Assembly: GCA_020137815.1 (NCBI GenBank) | Contig: CM035350.1 | Location: 248,001 to 312,000 of the forward strand | Origin: Hormiphora californensis | Lineage: Eukaryota > Animalia > Ctenophora | DNA length: 64,000 nt | Direction: 5' to 3' | Part shown: positions 1-10,473 of the stretch, piece by piece | How the letters are laid out: every line of letters starts with the position of its first letter | Numbering within the stretch: position 1 is the first letter of the stretch | Translations under genes and position numbers: made by a program | The notes under the pieces: model-generated | Told to the model about the DNA's origin: nothing | The model's input: the letters and a program-made list of their open reading frames with translations, nothing else | Database searches by the model: none

Positions 1-774
1 ACACTGGCTTGGCCCCACCTAGAAGTCCTCCGGAAGAACCTTGTCAGCTCTGGCTACCCACCACACCTCGTCACAAACACCATCACCAGGGAAGTGGGCA
101 AACATCGTCACACCACCCACAACCCCTCACACCCCCAACCCACCCCTCCCCCTAACCCATCCCCCACCAGCCCCCGTCCCCAGACCGAGCCCAAGTTCAC
201 GATGAAGGTGCCCTATGTCAACGAGGCCCTAACCCGTAAAATCAAGAAAGCTGCAGCCCGGTCTGGAATCCCTATCAGAGTCGTCACTACCTCGGGTAGA
301 ACGGTCAAGGATGAGATTAAGGCCGCCCTCTCCCGTCGTCTCGCCCCACCCCCTCCTTGCTCCTGTGAACTTCACCAGGCCGATCTCTCCTGTCACCAGA
401 GGAATGTGGTCTACAAAGCCACCTGCCGACGCTGTGGAGAGGACTACATTGGTGCTACTGGTAGACCCCTCTCAGAAAGGGTCAACGAACATGAGCGCAG
501 CCAACGCCTTGGGAACACGAAGAGCGCCCTGGGACGACACCTTACTGAGGAGCACCCCGAAGCAGTGACCATGAGGAAGAGGAAGAGGGGCAGACCAGGA
601 CAGAGGGAGCGAGAGGAGAGAGAAAAGGACTTTGAGATTTTCTTTGAGAATTTTGATTTTAGAGTTGTCGGGAGAGGGAGAGACGTTCTTGAGACATTTT
701 TGAGGGAGAATCTGACAATTCAGCGGGAACACCCAGCTCTGAATGATTGCCAGACGAATGGTTTTGTGTTCTGA
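1..774 (+). mobile_element. Penelope-like retroelement ORF, C-terminal part (RT thumb end + GIY-YIG endonuclease); open from before position 1
   Basis: Frame 1 is open from base 1 (..LRKNLVSSGYPP.., PLE thumb motif), then VPYVN, a Cys-rich linker (CSCELH..SC), NVVYKATCRRCGEDYIGATGRPLSERVNEH (GIY-YIG with CxxC) and terminal E..I....PALN. Confidence 0.9.
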
Positions 775-943
775 TTGGTTCTGATTGGCTCATGTCACAG
801 TCGCCAAACCCAGAGTATGATCCCATCCGATGTCAGATTTCAGAGGTGGTGCAACCACTAATTGCTAGAAACAGTTCTGATTAGGATTCGAGTGTCAAGT
901 GTCGGGCTATAAATGTGTGTCACTATGAACAGTTTATTTCTTT

Positions 944-977
944 CACTGATGAGGGCTATTTTACGCCGAAACGTCTG
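944..977 (+). ncRNA. Minimal type-I hammerhead ribozyme motif in the PLE 3' pseudo-LTR
   Basis: CA-CTGATGA(946-952)-G-GGC tattttac GCC-GAAA-CG-TC-TG; stem III reduced to the palindrome ACGT; TATAAA at 908-913. PLEs are known to carry such minimal motifs. Confidence 0.75.
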
Positions 978-1377
978 TTTTGCTATTGAAATTTGTTCAC
1001 CTTTGTAACATCCCGAGTCTTCTATGCCTGACCAAACTTCGAACCACGTGAGATCAATACAGGGATCATCCCCTCAACATGTCTCTACCACGGACGGTGT
1101 CATCAGCCCTACACAGCTGATCCAGAGGGCTCTATATAATGTTTGGATCTCTAGTCTACAAAGCATGACTTTTCAGCAATTAGTTTATCGTGCGCTGCGG
1201 GCTCCGTGACTATCACAGGCTACCTCTTAGACTCCCTCTCTACCGACTAGAGATCCTGACATCGATGAGCGAGATCTCACACATATGTACTGACAAGCGT
1301 TCTTCTATGATATTGTGATGTTATCACTATCAGTGTCATGTTTCAACACACTGGTATGAATAAAGAGAGAAAAAATC

Positions 1378-4300
1378 ATGAAAGTAAAAAGTAAGCCAAA
1401 TCACCCCATCCGGATTCGAACCCTGATCATCGGGGTGAGAGTCCATGGTGTAACCACTACACCACTGATGGAAAATGTAAGAATGGACAAGACGGGAGGA
1501 ATTCTGACTCATCTAGAGGATAAGGAATGTGACGTGTGCTTAGTACAGGAGACTTATCTAAAAGCTACGGATACAGCGAAGATCAGGGAAATACAGGATA
1601 ATGGATGGCAGGTATTCTCTAGTCCAAGGAGTGAGAGAGCTGGTGGTGGCATTGGCGTTTTCTATAGGGACGGAGTAGTGGTCAAACGAGCACCTGTTAA
1701 AGACAAGTTCAAGACCTTTCAGGTCCAGGAAGTCCTTATTGGAGGAGATGATGATCTTGTGAGGCTCTGTAATATATACAGACCCCCCTACAATGGAAAG
1801 GCTCGGTATACAGAGGCAAATTTTCTGGAAGAGTTTAATGGATATATATCGAACCTTCTCATGAAAACAGGAAATCCGATGATCATGGGAGACTTCAATT
1901 TCCAGGTTCAAGACTCAGGCAACTTTTATGCGAGGAAGCTTCTTCACCTTTTGGACTCATTTGACTTTGTGCAGAATGTACCATCAGTTCCGACTCATGT
2001 GAGGGGAGGAACTCTGGATCTGATGATCTGTCAGCGTGATTTTCTTACTAAACTGGAAAACGTGCAAGTCTTTCCGGATGGGACGTTGTCAGACCATTTC
2101 TTGGCTACAGTGGACCTAAAGCTCTCTACCCCTGGAGATGATTATAGGACGTGGAGGAAGATGTACAGCTACAGAGATTTTAATTCGGTTGATCCAGAGG
2201 AATTCAGACGTGCTCTACAGGAAGTTTGTCTTCGGGTTCCAGATGGGTGTACTGCAGAGGAGGCTTTGAGGATCTATGATAGTGCGTTAGAGGAGGTGGT
2301 GAGGAAACTGGTACCGATGAAGAGAAGGAAGGAAGTAAAGAGTGTTAAGTTGTGGAGGGAGAGACAAGATGTTCGGGAGGCACTAAGGGAGAGGAGGAGA
2401 GCAGAAAGGGCTTGGGAATCTAACAAGACAGGACTCAACAAGATACAGTACAAGGAACTACAGAGGCGTTTTGAAAAGATTGATAAGCAGGCGAGGATGG
2501 AATTTTCCCGGAAGCAGCTTGAGGAGGTTAAAGATGATCCTGCAGCGCTGCAGAAGAGGCTAGGTCGTCTAATTGGAAAGTCTGAAACTGTTCTGCCAGG
2601 AGGAGTGTCAGACGGAAAGTTGGCAGGGGATTTTGCAGAGTTCTTCAGTGGGAAGATTGAGAAGATTCGGACAGCGGTTCGGGATGAGCAAGAGGAAGGT
2701 TCTGAGGAGCTCACTGTGGATTCTCTGCCTGCGCCTACCTGTACTCTAACCAAGTTTGAGGAAATCAGAGTTAATGAATTAGTTCGGGTTGTCAAGGAAA
2801 TGTCATCGAAGTCTTGTGATCTGGACCCTATTCCGACCTGGTTGGTGAAAGACTGCCTGGAAGAACTAGCGCCGATCCTGACGAACATTATCAACAAATC
2901 CCTTCTACGATCTACTGTTCCAGATATTATGCAGAAAGCATTGGTGATGCCAACGATAAAGAACCCCAATGGGGACACTGATTTATTTTCGAACTACAGG
3001 CCGGTTTCTAACATATCGTTTGTATCGAAGGTACTGGAGAAAGTTGTGCTCAATCAGTTAAACTCATACCTATGGACGAACGACCTACTCAATGCAGACC
3101 AATCTGGGTATAGGGCGGGGCATAGTTGTGAAACACTGCTTGCTGGAATGTTTGATGACCTGTTGAAGGATTTGGATTCTGGCAAAGTATCGGCCCTTCT
3201 GCTGCTTGACATGAGTGCGGCTTTCGATACTGTGGATCATTCGAAGCTGATTGGAATTTTGGAGGCAAGGTTTGGGGTAAGAGGATCTGCGCTTGAATGG
3301 TTTAGAAGCTACCTTAGCAAAAGGACTTTTAAAGTGAATGTTGGTGGGGAACTCTCGGCGGCGATTGCACTAATCTGTGGAGTCCCACAGGGGTCCCTTC
3401 TTGGACCTGTTTTATTCTTGCTGTACATTGAGGAACTTCAGGATATTGTTCGTCCCTATGGCCTAAAGATCAAACTGTATGCAGATGACTCTCAGATATA
3501 CTTTGGACTGGTTCCGAGTGATGCAGAGGGGTGGAGTTCCAGTAAAAAGACCCTAGAGGATTGTCTCAAGAATGTCAAAACATGGATGGTTAACCATGGA
3601 CTTAAGTGTAATGAGGACAAGACGGAGTTTCTACTGTTGGGAAAGACAAGCTCCTTGGAAAAGATGGCATTTGATCCAGAGATCCAGTTTGGAGGTTCGG
3701 TGGTCAGGCCTATGGAATGTAAGGGGACGACAGGAAAGACCCTTGGTGTTCTCATGGACCATCAGTTGACTCTTGAGAGACAGATATTCAATGTTAAGAA
3801 ACAGTGTGGCCTTATGCTCAAGAACTTGTGGCAGGTCAACAAGTGTCTTGACAAAGATACCAAGATTATGTTGGTCAAGCAACTGGTCATTTCCCGGATT
3901 GATTACTGCAACATCCTTTACTATGGACTACCTAAGAGGATATTGAGGTATCTTCAGAAGACCCTGAATTCTTGTGTGCGTTTCATTTTCAATCTAAAGG
4001 GACATCAGGATGACTACACAGAATACTACAAGGAGGCACACATTCTACCTATTGAGCAGAGGCTGACTTTCAAGGCATGTCTTTTGGCGTACAAGATTGT
4101 ACGAGGCACTGCACCCAAGTATCTGATGGACCTGGTCCCTCGTGATGACAATCCTGAACCTGTAAAACCTACCCGATCTACCTCAGTTCCAGATTTCTTC
4201 AGGTTGAAATATCCAAAGCTCTCAAGTGTAAATGCGAATTCTAAGTTAAGAAGGAGGAGGATCTCTGTATTCCTGCCGGAAGTGTGGAACTCCCTGCCAT

Positions 4301-4401
4301 TGGAGTTAAGGTCTGTTCACCCTGTTGAACTCTTCAAGACAAGGCTTAAGACCCGGCTATTTAAGGAAGCTTTCGTTGATCCAGAGAGCAGTAGCACCTG
4401 A
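1378..4401 (+). CDS. LINE (CR1/L2 group) ORF2: APE endonuclease + reverse transcriptase, uninterrupted
   Basis: VQETYL, GGGIG, IYRPP, MGDFN, TLDL, SDH (APE); NYRPVS, QSGYR, DMSAAFDTVDH, GVPQGSLLGP, YADD (RT). The first ~31 codons are the antisense of the tRNA-like sequence, so LINE sequence really starts near 1473. Confidence 0.95.
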   Translation: MKVKSKPNHPIRIRTLIIGVRVHGVTTTPLMENVRMDKTGGILTHLEDKECDVCLVQETYLKATDTAKIREIQDNGWQVFSSPRSERAGGGIGVFYRDGVVVKRAPVKDKFKTFQVQEVLIGGDDDLVRLCNIYRPPYNGKARYTEANFLEEFNGYISNLLMKTGNPMIMGDFNFQVQDSGNFYARKLLHLLDSFDFVQNVPSVPTHVRGGTLDLMICQRDFLTKLENVQVFPDGTLSDHFLATVDLKLSTPGDDYRTWRKMYSYRDFNSVDPEEFRRALQEVCLRVPDGCTAEEALRIYDSALEEVVRKLVPMKRRKEVKSVKLWRERQDVREALRERRRAERAWESNKTGLNKIQYKELQRRFEKIDKQARMEFSRKQLEEVKDDPAALQKRLGRLIGKSETVLPGGVSDGKLAGDFAEFFSGKIEKIRTAVRDEQEEGSEELTVDSLPAPTCTLTKFEEIRVNELVRVVKEMSSKSCDLDPIPTWLVKDCLEELAPILTNIINKSLLRSTVPDIMQKALVMPTIKNPNGDTDLFSNYRPVSNISFVSKVLEKVVLNQLNSYLWTNDLLNADQSGYRAGHSCETLLAGMFDDLLKDLDSGKVSALLLLDMSAAFDTVDHSKLIGILEARFGVRGSALEWFRSYLSKRTFKVNVGGELSAAIALICGVPQGSLLGPVLFLLYIEELQDIVRPYGLKIKLYADDSQIYFGLVPSDAEGWSSSKKTLEDCLKNVKTWMVNHGLKCNEDKTEFLLLGKTSSLEKMAFDPEIQFGGSVVRPMECKGTTGKTLGVLMDHQLTLERQIFNVKKQCGLMLKNLWQVNKCLDKDTKIMLVKQLVISRIDYCNILYYGLPKRILRYLQKTLNSCVRFIFNLKGHQDDYTEYYKEAHILPIEQRLTFKACLLAYKIVRGTAPKYLMDLVPRDDNPEPVKPTRSTSVPDFFRLKYPKLSSVNANSKLRRRRISVFLPEVWNSLPLELRSVHPVELFKTRLKTRLFKEAFVDPESSST
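1401..1472 (-). pseudogene. tRNA-Glu(CTC)-derived sequence, probably a SINE head
   Basis: Reverse complement TCCATCAGTGGTGTAGTGGTTACACC..CTCTCAC..GGTTCGAATCC: A box, D stem GGTG/CACC, CTC anticodon loop and B box present; acceptor, anticodon and T stems pair poorly. Confidence 0.7.
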
Positions 4402-4845
4402 GTCATCTCGTCTTTGGGTCACTGGTTCTGTTCTGGTCTGGGTTTAGTGTTCCCCTTAGGCAGACGTTTATTTAGACAGTGTTATTCCTCATTACATTTA
4501 CCGGGCTTGCAGTAATAGCTGCTGACTTTTTAATAGCTTTGAGAGCTGCTGTCTTTGAGTAGCATGAGAGCTGCTGACTTTGTAATTTAGCTTATTCAGT
4601 GTGAGAGCATTTTTATGCCTATCTAAGTTGGTTCGTATTTTATGAGGCCCGTATTTTCATCAATAAAAGTCTATCTATGGTGTGTTTAAATCCAGATTTT
4701 AATAGTGTGTGTCATAAGTAAGGAAGGTGTTATAATTTAGGTATACCGCTCTGACGCTGAGCAGTGTCAGTCAAAATTCAGTTTGCTGGCCCTGTTTTGC
4801 CTGGGCGGTATACAAAAACTTATATTATTATTATTATTATTATTA
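1473..4845 (+). mobile_element. CR1/L2-group LINE, 5'-truncated, with 3' UTR and (TAT)n tail
   Basis: ORF2 is followed by ~420 bp of UTR ending GGCGGTATACAAAAACT-(TAT)n at about 4804-4845. Confidence 0.85.
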
Positions 4846-5076
4846 ATGGAGGTGGTGAAAATCAGAGCAAAAAAATTAGAGAAAATCCATATCTATGGTG
4901 ATTTGAAGTTTTTCATCCCTATTTACCTTGTTTTTTTAAATGTGCTACAACAGTAAATATACCATTTTCTCAATTTCTCACTATAATTTTCCCATTTTAG
5001 AAAATTGACTAGATATTTTGGCGCTAAAATTGACTAGCAGCCAGGATCCCTGGATACCCGAACTTTGACACTGGGT

Positions 5077-5305
5077 CCCACTCCCTCCTAATTCCCACTC
5101 CCTCCTAGTTCCCACTCCCTCCTAGTTCCCACTCCCTCCTAGTTCCCACTCCCTCATTGTTCCCACTCCCTCCTAGTTCCCACTCACTCCTAGTTCACAC
5201 TCCCTCCTAGTTCCCACTCCCTCCTAGTTTTCACTCCCTCCTAGTTCCCACTCCCTCCTAGTTCCCACTCCCTCCTAGTTCCCACTCCCTCCTAGTTCCC
5301 ACTCT
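5077..5305. repeat. 17-bp minisatellite (CCCACTCCCTCCTAGTT)n
   Basis: About 13 tandem copies ending at the putative acceptor ctctcttttcag just before the SFI1 ATG. Confidence 0.95.
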
Positions 5306-5316
5306 CTTTTCAGTTT

Positions 5317-8300
5317 ATGGCAGAGGAACAGCGTCGCCAGATAAAGCGGGCTATTCTCTCCGAGTTGAACAAGGAAATTTCTAGGAAGACCGGTAAAGAA
5401 CTTACTGCGGGTCCTGCAAAACTCCATCGTGCCCCTGCCTCCCGAGCTCGATATGACGCACAGCATTTTGTTGACAAGAAGAGCTGTGCCAGGCCGGTCA
5501 AGAAAACAGTGAATATACCCACACCAACTCCTAGAACGGTACACCCTCCTTCCCCATACGAGAAAGTGCGGTCATTTGCTAAACATTGGATGGACCAAGT
5601 GTTCGGGGAGCACCGCAATCAATTCAGAAAAGCAGTTAAGTTTCATAAAGAGAGGGAGCTTCATAAAGCTCTCTCGCAATGGAAGATAGAGATGAAGTTT
5701 AAGCAGACTGAGTGGAAACTAGTGGTAAGGGCGGACTGTCATTATAGATTCTTTCTGAGAGAGAGATACTTTGACATCTGGAGGAGGTTTTTGATAACAC
5801 ACAGGACCGCTGCAGAGAATAAAGTCAAGGCTGAACTACACTGTAAAATGTATCTTGAGAAACGATACTTTGCTGTCTTGAGGAAGGCTGTTGTGATTCG
5901 CAAGGAGAGGGATGCTGACACTAGACTTGCACTGTCTGTTTATGAAAGAGGTGTATATAAAAGAGCATTTAGCGGATGGCACCGGGCCATGGCCGGCCAG
6001 TTGATTTACCATGAACAGGAGGCTATTGCCCTTCACTTCTGGTCGCTCTCCCTCCAGAGACACTGCTTAGCTGGATGGGTTAGGTATTCAAGGGAGAGGA
6101 AAGTGGAAAAGCAGATATTCGAAGTAGTAGGAAATCTTTACCGAGGCAAGGTGCTACACAGAGCCCTCAACTGTTGGCTACAATATCACAGGTATAGAAA
6201 GAACAAAGCTGTGGACGAGAGAAAAGCCAACATGTTACTCCAAACTAAAATTCAGCACAAGTATTTCTACTTGCTTCAGGAGCATGCTGTGATATCTGCT
6301 AGAAGCAAGGCGATGGAGGTGGATATAAGGAGGGTCTCTGAAAAGGCTCGGATCAGGAGGGCTCTTGTGGTTTGGAGGACATTCTGCGAACAAAGAACTC
6401 TTCAAAAAGAGCAGGAGATTGTTGCAGTAATCCATTACGATAAACTTATCTCCAAAAAGTGCTTGGCTGCATTGCGATCTTATAAAGACCACCAAAAAGA
6501 AACAGAGATACTGAAGGAGAGCAGTGAGAGGTTTAGGAGACACCACACCTTGCAACAAGCATTCCGTTCCTGGATCATTAAACTGGACGAAAGTGAAGAA
6601 GACAAACTAAAGTATCGGACCTTGATGGCACGGAAGCATTACTCCAACAAGCTACTCACACAGTGTCTCACCCAGTTGACTGTGTATCGGGATTACAGAG
6701 TGGATCGAAAGGAATGTTACTCCCTTGCCTCCAAGCACTATCAAACGAAGATCACTGCAACTCTCTTTACCAACTGGCATCTGTTCGTAGCCTACCGGAA
6801 AACTATCAAGCTGAGGACGACCACCGCATTGGAATATAGGGATGATCTAATGTATCATAAGTATTTCTATACTTGGGTTAAGGAGTTTCACATGTCAAGG
6901 AACCGAAGACAGGATGAGAGAATGGCATTGTTACACTTGGAGAAGAAACAGCTTGCGTCTCTCTTCAGTATCTGGAAATGTGCTGCTTTAGAGAAGATGG
7001 AGGGAAGGGAGAAGTGGATGGTAGCTCAGGGACATCACAGAGAAAAGGTTCTCAGGAGATCTATTGGCAGGTTCGGGTTGTATCAACAGGAGAAAGAGAA
7101 TCAACGTATTAAAACCGACAAGGCTAGGCGACATTACCACATGAGGATTATGGGTAAAGTTTACAGCTCTTGGAAAGTCTATAAGAGGAGAGAGAAAGAG
7201 AAGAACGATAAAATAACATTAGCTACCTTACATCACGAAAAAAGGATGGTAAGGTATGCCTTATCTGCTTGGTTAACGAACCACAGATGCCTAGTTCGAG
7301 CCAAAGCAGTTGTGTCATCGATTCAGCAGGATCACTCCAGACAACTTCTCCGGGAACATCTACAGAAGTGGAGAGTTTGGGTACGACAAGAAAGGAAATT
7401 CTTTGATCTGAATACCCGTGCTTTGGAGCACTATCGGGAGAGCATGTGTGGGAAGGTTCTGACTGCTTGGTTTGGGTATGTTGACCAGAGGGCTCGTGAT
7501 CATCTCACCAAACTGGATCAATTAGAGGAGGGGAGAAAGGTGGTTGCAAAGGTTATTCAGCGGGCTGTCTTGAGGAAGTGGTCTGCTGTCGCCACCCAAA
7601 GGCTGAAAGAGAGAGAGGGGATGGAACTGGCAGAGGCACATTGCAGAAAGAAAGTTCTAGGTAATGTGATTTGTTGTTTAAAAACTAATGCTGCAATAAA
7701 CTCTAAAAAGAGGCTCCTGAATGATAAAAAGTATCAGTTCCTGGTGGCTACTTTGGTAAAGCGTACTTTAGCTCGGTGGAGGCATGTTAGAGAAGATCAG
7801 ATAAAGGAACAACAACAATCAGAAACTGCTCTATGGTATTGGTAAGTAAGTAAACCTGGAAATCAGGGAGCTAGTAGCGATATTAGTGTAACACTCTCCC
7901 TGCTGGAAATCAGGGAGCTAGTAGCGATATTAATGTAACACTCTCCCTGCTGGAAATCAGGGTAGTAGGGATATTAATGTAACACTCTCCCAGCTGGAAA
8001 TCAGGGTAGTAGGGAGCTAGTAACGATATTAATGTAACACACTCCCACAGGTGTGTTTCATTGGAAGACAAGGTGTTAAGGTCCTGGATAGCTTATACCC
8101 AACATCGTAGAGATAAGAGGACTAGGTACAAGGAAGCGCTACTAAACCGCCGTCAATTCCTTCTACAAACAGGTAAACTAAAATAGTAAATAGTAACTAC
8201 TGGATATATAATATAATATATACAAATGTCGGATACCTCATACCACCGTTGTTATCATGATTGATTGTTACCTCCCTCTCTCTCACTCTCTCAGGTGTAC

Positions 8301-8638
8301 GTGAATGGATGTCTCATGTCACCAGAGCAGATAAGATGCGTGCACACACAGCCTTGGAAGCCGTCACACAGCGTACCCAATTAGCCCACCAATCAGCACT
8401 GAAGTGGGGTCGCCACTGGCTGACCACTGTTAAACGCCGCAAGCTCGAGGGAAGGAGTCGGGGAGGCAAGGAGAATAGACAAGTAACAAATTACCTGGTA
8501 CAAACTCCATCTCGTGAAAATAAGGAATCCTTTGGAAAACCACCCACTGATTTCTACGCAGATTTTAAAGTGCTTCGGGAGAGTCGTCCTACTCCAAAAA
8601 TTCCTAGTTTTTTTGTAAACCAAAAGAACTTTCTCTAA
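5317..8638 (+). CDS. SFI1: SFI1-like centrin-binding protein; exons 5317-7841, 8051-8172, 8295-8638
   Basis: Long helical protein with periodic A..(H/F)......L....F..W repeats typical of Sfi1; GT-AG introns join in frame (WYW|CVSLEDKVLRSW..LLQTG|VREW..). Confidence 0.85.
7855..8048. repeat. Intronic ~39-47-bp tandem repeat filling SFI1 intron 1
   Basis: Four copies of CTGGAAATCAGGG..TAGTAGCGATATTAATGTAACACTCTCCC. Confidence 0.9.
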
Positions 8639-8843
8639 AGTAGACATGCTATAACATCTAATGAGAATGACAGATATTTTATTGTATAGTGTAAAGTTTT
8701 AATATCATATATGTTTTATTTTCTAACTGTACATATTATATTAATTATCAATTTTATATACCTATGCCACATATGATATGTTTATATATTAATAAGTGCC
8801 CACTCTTCTGTTCTCCCCCATTGTTACTATCTCTCCCCCTAGT

Positions 8844-10473
8844 ATGGACCTAATAGGGAGTTACGGGGATGTCAGTGAGGACGAGATGGAGTTTGTGCCC
8901 GGGAAAACAGAGGAAGAAAGTACTGAGAATAGAGAGGAACCAAACGGTAATAACCCCTTCATTAGAAGAAAATCCAACAGTTCATGCTGCCCAGCTTCCT
9001 GACATTTATGACTCGATTCACTGGCGAGCAGCGATTGATATTTCATCACGCTGCTACGACGTTAGAGATCAGAGCTATTGTTTCTTCACATATCATCCCA
9101 AACCTAATTCCTAAAACATGATTGTTAACGGTTTGTTGACACAATGACTAGCAAACACTTTCTGGAACAAGACACGTTTGCAAAAAGCTATGATCTAATG
9201 TTCACTTTTGTGTTCTTTTGCATTTACTGTTTTATTAATCTAGTGATTTCAGAGACAGAGGAGCCAGTTCAAAAAGACACAGAGATGGAGGACTCATCAT
9301 CTAGAGAGAATTCCTTGTCAATGCCTGGACTAGTTTCCTATACCTCTCACAGCCCAGTAAGTAGCCAGGACTAGTTTCCTATACCTCTCACAGCCCAGTA
9401 AGTAGCCAGGACTAGTTTCCTATACCTCTCACAGCCCAGTAAGTAGCCAGGACTAGTTTCCTATACCTCTCACAGCCCAGTAAGTAGCCAGGACTAGTTT
9501 CCTATACCTCTCACAGCCCAGTAAGTAGCCAGGACTAGTTTCCTATACCTCTCACAGCCCAGTAAGTAGCCAGGACTAGTTTCCTATACCTCTCACAGCC
9601 CAGTAAGTAGCCAGGTCCCACTCTCTCACACTGCTTGTCAGGACTCATTGCGTGTTCCAATACATGTTCCTATTTCCAGGGCCGGACGAACAGCAATGAA
9701 CAGAACGCCCTCAACTCCCTACTCAGTACATATGATGACAACGAGAAATCCATGATGGAGGAGAGGGATGAGCAGGGAGATATCGAGAAACAGTGTAGGT
9801 TTAAAAAAATAACGCCGAATTTCGTATTGCGTTGTGCGCGCGATCCCCGAACCTCTTTTTTATATGCGTTCACATATTGTTAGCATTTGTATTTCCTCAC
9901 TTCCCTGTGTGACCCATCACAGATATGTCCCCTTACCTTTCAGATGATGTAACGGTGGATAACTCGGACGAGGAATCAGACTCAGAGAGTTGGCTGGGAC
10001 GAATTGATGAAGAAGGAAACGTCAAGCTACCTCCCGAGCCCAAGGGAAAATGTTCCTCGGCTCTACAGAGGAAGATCGAAAACGAGATAAATAAAAGGAA
10101 GAGATATGGTGTGGACATATGTTCCAAGATGAGAGGGAACAAAGAGTTTAGAAATCCCAGTATCTACGATAAACTAATCGACATGTTTGGGGTTAATGAG
10201 GCTGGCACTAATTTCAGTGAACCTTTGCTACAAAAGCGATATTGGAAGACAGATTCCTTCTACAAACAGCTTGCTGAGAAACAGCAGAAAGACTATGACA
10301 AGAGGGAGGCGGACAGGAGGGCAGACCCTAACTCTAAAATCAAGCAACAGGTCATGGCTGAACAGAAGAAGTCTAAATGGGATGAGGGACAAGATAAAAT
10401 GGACAAAAAACTGAAAGCTCAATTGACATTAGAGAAATTAAACAAACAATTAAAGGCGGTGAAGAACAGCTGA
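8844..10473 (+). CDS. SAP30BP: SAP30-binding protein (HCNGP domain), 4 exons (approx. 8844-8946, 9253-9356, 9680-9794, 9943-10473)
   Basis: Acidic N-terminus (LIGSYGDVSEDE), then LPPEPKGKCSSALQRKI..KEFRNPSIYDKLI..EAGTNF..FYKQLAEKQ..KKSKWD, the HCNGP signature. Confidence 0.9.
9327..9614 (+). repeat. 41-bp tandem repeat x7 copying an exon end plus GTAAGT donor
   Basis: Unit GGACTAGTTTCCTATACCTCTCACAGCCCA|GTAAGTAGCCA; the first 30 nt encode GLVSYTSHSP. Confidence 0.95.

Noticed and set aside
1401-1472. Functional tRNA-Glu gene (and tRNA-Ser/Leu at 48452-48530)
   Set aside because: A and B boxes are present but acceptor and other stems do not pair; treated as tRNA-derived.
2274-2978. 234-aa minus-strand ORF
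   Set aside because: Antisense to LINE ORF2, Ser-rich, no domain.
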